A DNA stretch of 36,690 bases from Armatimonadota bacterium (GTDB taxonomy: Bacteria > Sysuimicrobiota > Sysuimicrobiia > Sysuimicrobiales > VGFF01). A program made the position numbers and the translations under genes. This document shows positions 35,061 to 36,690 of this stretch, piece after piece. Position 1 is the stretch's first letter. Every line of letters begins with the position of its first letter. The notes beneath the pieces are model-generated. The model ran no database searches. It saw only the letters and a list, made by a program, of their open reading frames with translations, and was not told where the DNA came from. Location of the stretch: positions 1-36,690 of the forward strand of contig VGFF01000002.1 of the NCBI GenBank assembly GCA_016868955.1, in the 5' to 3' direction.

Positions 35061-35701
35061 TCGCTGCGCGCCCAGGACACCGTTTCGATCCCTTCCATCT
35101 CCTGCGCCGCCATCAAGATTTGATCGCGATCGCGCCCCGTCGGAATCCGCAACTTGAACTCGATCTGCACGCGCCCGCCGACGCGCGCCAGCATCTCGAT
35201 GCCTTCGATGTTAGCGCGGAAGTGCCCGAGCGTGGCACCGATCCGACCGAGCAAGCCCGGCTGGTCGATGGCGTTGATCGTCAGCACCTCGTGCCCGTCG
35301 GCGCGGCGCGGCACGCGCCGGCCGACGCGGGAGAACAAATGAAGGATGACGATGACGAGCGCCGTTGCCACGGTCGCGCTGGTATAAAACTCCGTGCCGA
35401 CCGCCATGCCGATCGCCGCGACCGTCCAAAGACTCGCCGCCGTCGTCAGTCCTCCGTCCGCGGTACCGTGCCGCCAGATCGTGGCGGCGCCGAGGAAGCC
35501 GACGACGACGACGACGCTGGCGTGGATGGCGGGGCTACCCCAGAACACGCCGGCGATGGCGAACATCGCCGCGCCCAGCGCGACGAGGATGTGCGCGCGA
35601 AACCCGGCCGGCTTCTCGAGCGATTCCCGTTCGATCCCGACGATCCCGCCGAGCACGACGGCGAGCAGCAACCTGAGGATCTGCTCGTGGTCGGAGATCA
35701 T
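35057..35701 (-). CDS. MgtC/SapB-family membrane protein with C-terminal ACT domain
   Basis: RL.LA..LGG.VG.ERE...KPAG.R.H.LV, GFLGA, GLTTAASLW..AAIG, then DQPGLLGRI (ACT). Confidence 0.88.
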   Translation of the reverse strand: MISDHEQILRLLLAVVLGGIVGIERESLEKPAGFRAHILVALGAAMFAIAGVFWGSPAIHASVVVVVGFLGAATIWRHGTADGGLTTAASLWTVAAIGMAVGTEFYTSATVATALVIVILHLFSRVGRRVPRRADGHEVLTINAIDQPGLLGRIGATLGHFRANIEGIEMLARVGGRVQIEFKLRIPTGRDRDQILMAAQEMEGIETVSWARSD

Positions 35702-35726
35702 GCGCGCGCGACGCCCCTTTCGGCGC

Positions 35727-36689
35727 TCATCCGCCGCTGGCCCAGCGCGTGAGGTCGCGGAACGTGAGCACGAGGATCAGCGTTATCAGCAACGCGAAGC
35801 CGATGACGTGAATGTACCCTTCGCGGCGCGGATCAACGACGCGGCGGCGGATGGCTTCAACGAACAGGAACATCAGTCGTCCCCCGTCGAGCGCCGGGAT
35901 CGGCAGAAGGTTGAAGATGCCGATCATGACGCTGAGGAAGGCGGTCATGAAGAGGTAGGAATCCAAGCCGGCCCGCGCCGCGTCGCTGAGCACGCGCACC
36001 GCCCCGACCGGACCCGACAGGTCATCCAACATCCGGCCAGCGCGAAAGACGCGCGCCAGCCCGGTGAAGATGTCCGACACGTAGCGCGCGGACTGCTGGA
36101 CGCCCCAACCGATCGCCGCGATCGGATCGTAGCGCGCGCGTTGGACGCCGGGCGTGACCCCGGTCGCGCCGACGTTCATGCGCGGTTCCAGCCGCGGCGT
36201 GACGCGCACCTGGAAGATCTCCGTGCCGCGCCGCACGTCGAGCACGAGCGGCTTCCCGGCGCTCCGGTGGATCGTCCGCACCATCTGTTGTCCGTCCTCC
36301 ACGCGCACGCCGTCGATCGCGACGATGCGATCTCGGGGCCGGAGACCCGCTTCGGCCGCCGGCCAGCCGGGCCGGATCTCGACGATTTCGTTCGTGACGC
36401 CCTGGGGCACGCCGTACGCGGACGCGCCGACGGCGAGCAAAACGACCGCCAAAACGAGGTTCATCGCCGGCCCGGCCGCGATGACGGCGATGCGCTGACA
36501 CAAGGATTTGCTGCGGAACGAGCCCGACTTCGCGCCGTCCTCGAAGTCCTCGCCCTCCATGCGCACGTACCCGCCCAATGGCAGCACGTTCAGCTCGTAT
36601 TCGGTTTCACCGCGACGCCACTTGAACAGCGTCGGGCGGAACCCGATCGCGAAGGTGTGCACGAGAATGCCGGCGCGCTTAGCGACGAT
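35727..36689 (-). CDS. rseP: RseP/site-2 protease (M50) with PDZ domain, 5' end outside the window
   Basis: Frame open to the window edge (IVAKRAGILVHTFAIGF); PLGGYVRM.GE, AGP.MN, PDZ (PA.EAGLRP.DRIVAIDG), SGPVG, FNLLPIPALDGG. The HExxH motif would lie off-window. Confidence 0.93.
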   Translation of the reverse strand: MVAKRAGILVHTFAIGFRPTLFKWRRGETEYELNVLPLGGYVRMEGEDFEDGAKSGSFRSKSLCQRIAVIAAGPAMNLVLAVVLLAVGASAYGVPQGVTNEIVEIRPGWPAAEAGLRPRDRIVAIDGVRVEDGQQMVRTIHRSAGKPLVLDVRRGTEIFQVRVTPRLEPRMNVGATGVTPGVQRARYDPIAAIGWGVQQSARYVSDIFTGLARVFRAGRMLDDLSGPVGAVRVLSDAARAGLDSYLFMTAFLSVMIGIFNLLPIPALDGGRLMFLFVEAIRRRVVDPRREGYIHVIGFALLITLILVLTFRDLTRWASGG

Positions 36690-36690
36690 G

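Noticed and set aside
451-36501. Many long alternative-frame and antisense ORFs (e.g. 23052-26030 +, 25418-27130 +, 6297-7862 +, 3457-4947 +, 10007-11488 +)
   Set aside because: They are shadows of real genes in high-GC DNA: Arg/Ala/Pro-rich, no family motifs, and fully overlapping well-supported CDSs.
1-36690. CRISPR arrays, tRNA/rRNA genes, IS elements, prophage or defence genes
   Set aside because: No spaced repeats, cloverleaf-like segments or relevant protein motifs were seen; intergenic gaps are short and mostly explained.

Overview
GC- and CpG-rich bacterial chromosomal segment, almost all on the minus strand. No tRNA, rRNA, CRISPR array or mobile element was recognised. In minus-strand reading order it contains: rseP (5'-truncated), mgtC-ACT, rhomboid, a beta-propeller lipoprotein and fmdB; a seven-gene MoxR/DUF58/VWA membrane operon, mtnP and a small membrane protein; an unannotated, frameshifted 32-aa Lys/Ala histone-H1-like gene with its own terminator; a plus-strand mlaE-mlaF-mlaD operon whose MlaD ends in a beta-barrel-like domain; L20 leader-infC-rpmI-rplT and a trmH-like gene; Phe T-box-pheS-pheT (B2-less); cvpA-polX-mpg-AlkP-type metalloenzyme-mutS2; a DUF1232 pseudogene with two in-frame TGAs; FAH hydrolase, aconitase X (two subunits) and proline dehydrogenase; queT, tyrS and tsaC/sua5 (3'-truncated). 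Firmicute-style RNA regulation together with an apparent envelope-spanning MlaD suggests a diderm Terrabacteria lineage (inference). The most notable observations are the histone-like microprotein, the transenvelope MlaD, the MoxR-VWA membrane system, the AcnX/PRODH catabolic operon, the coupled repair cluster and a 62-bp near-perfect palindrome inside mpg. All family calls come from motif recognition by eye; no searches were run.
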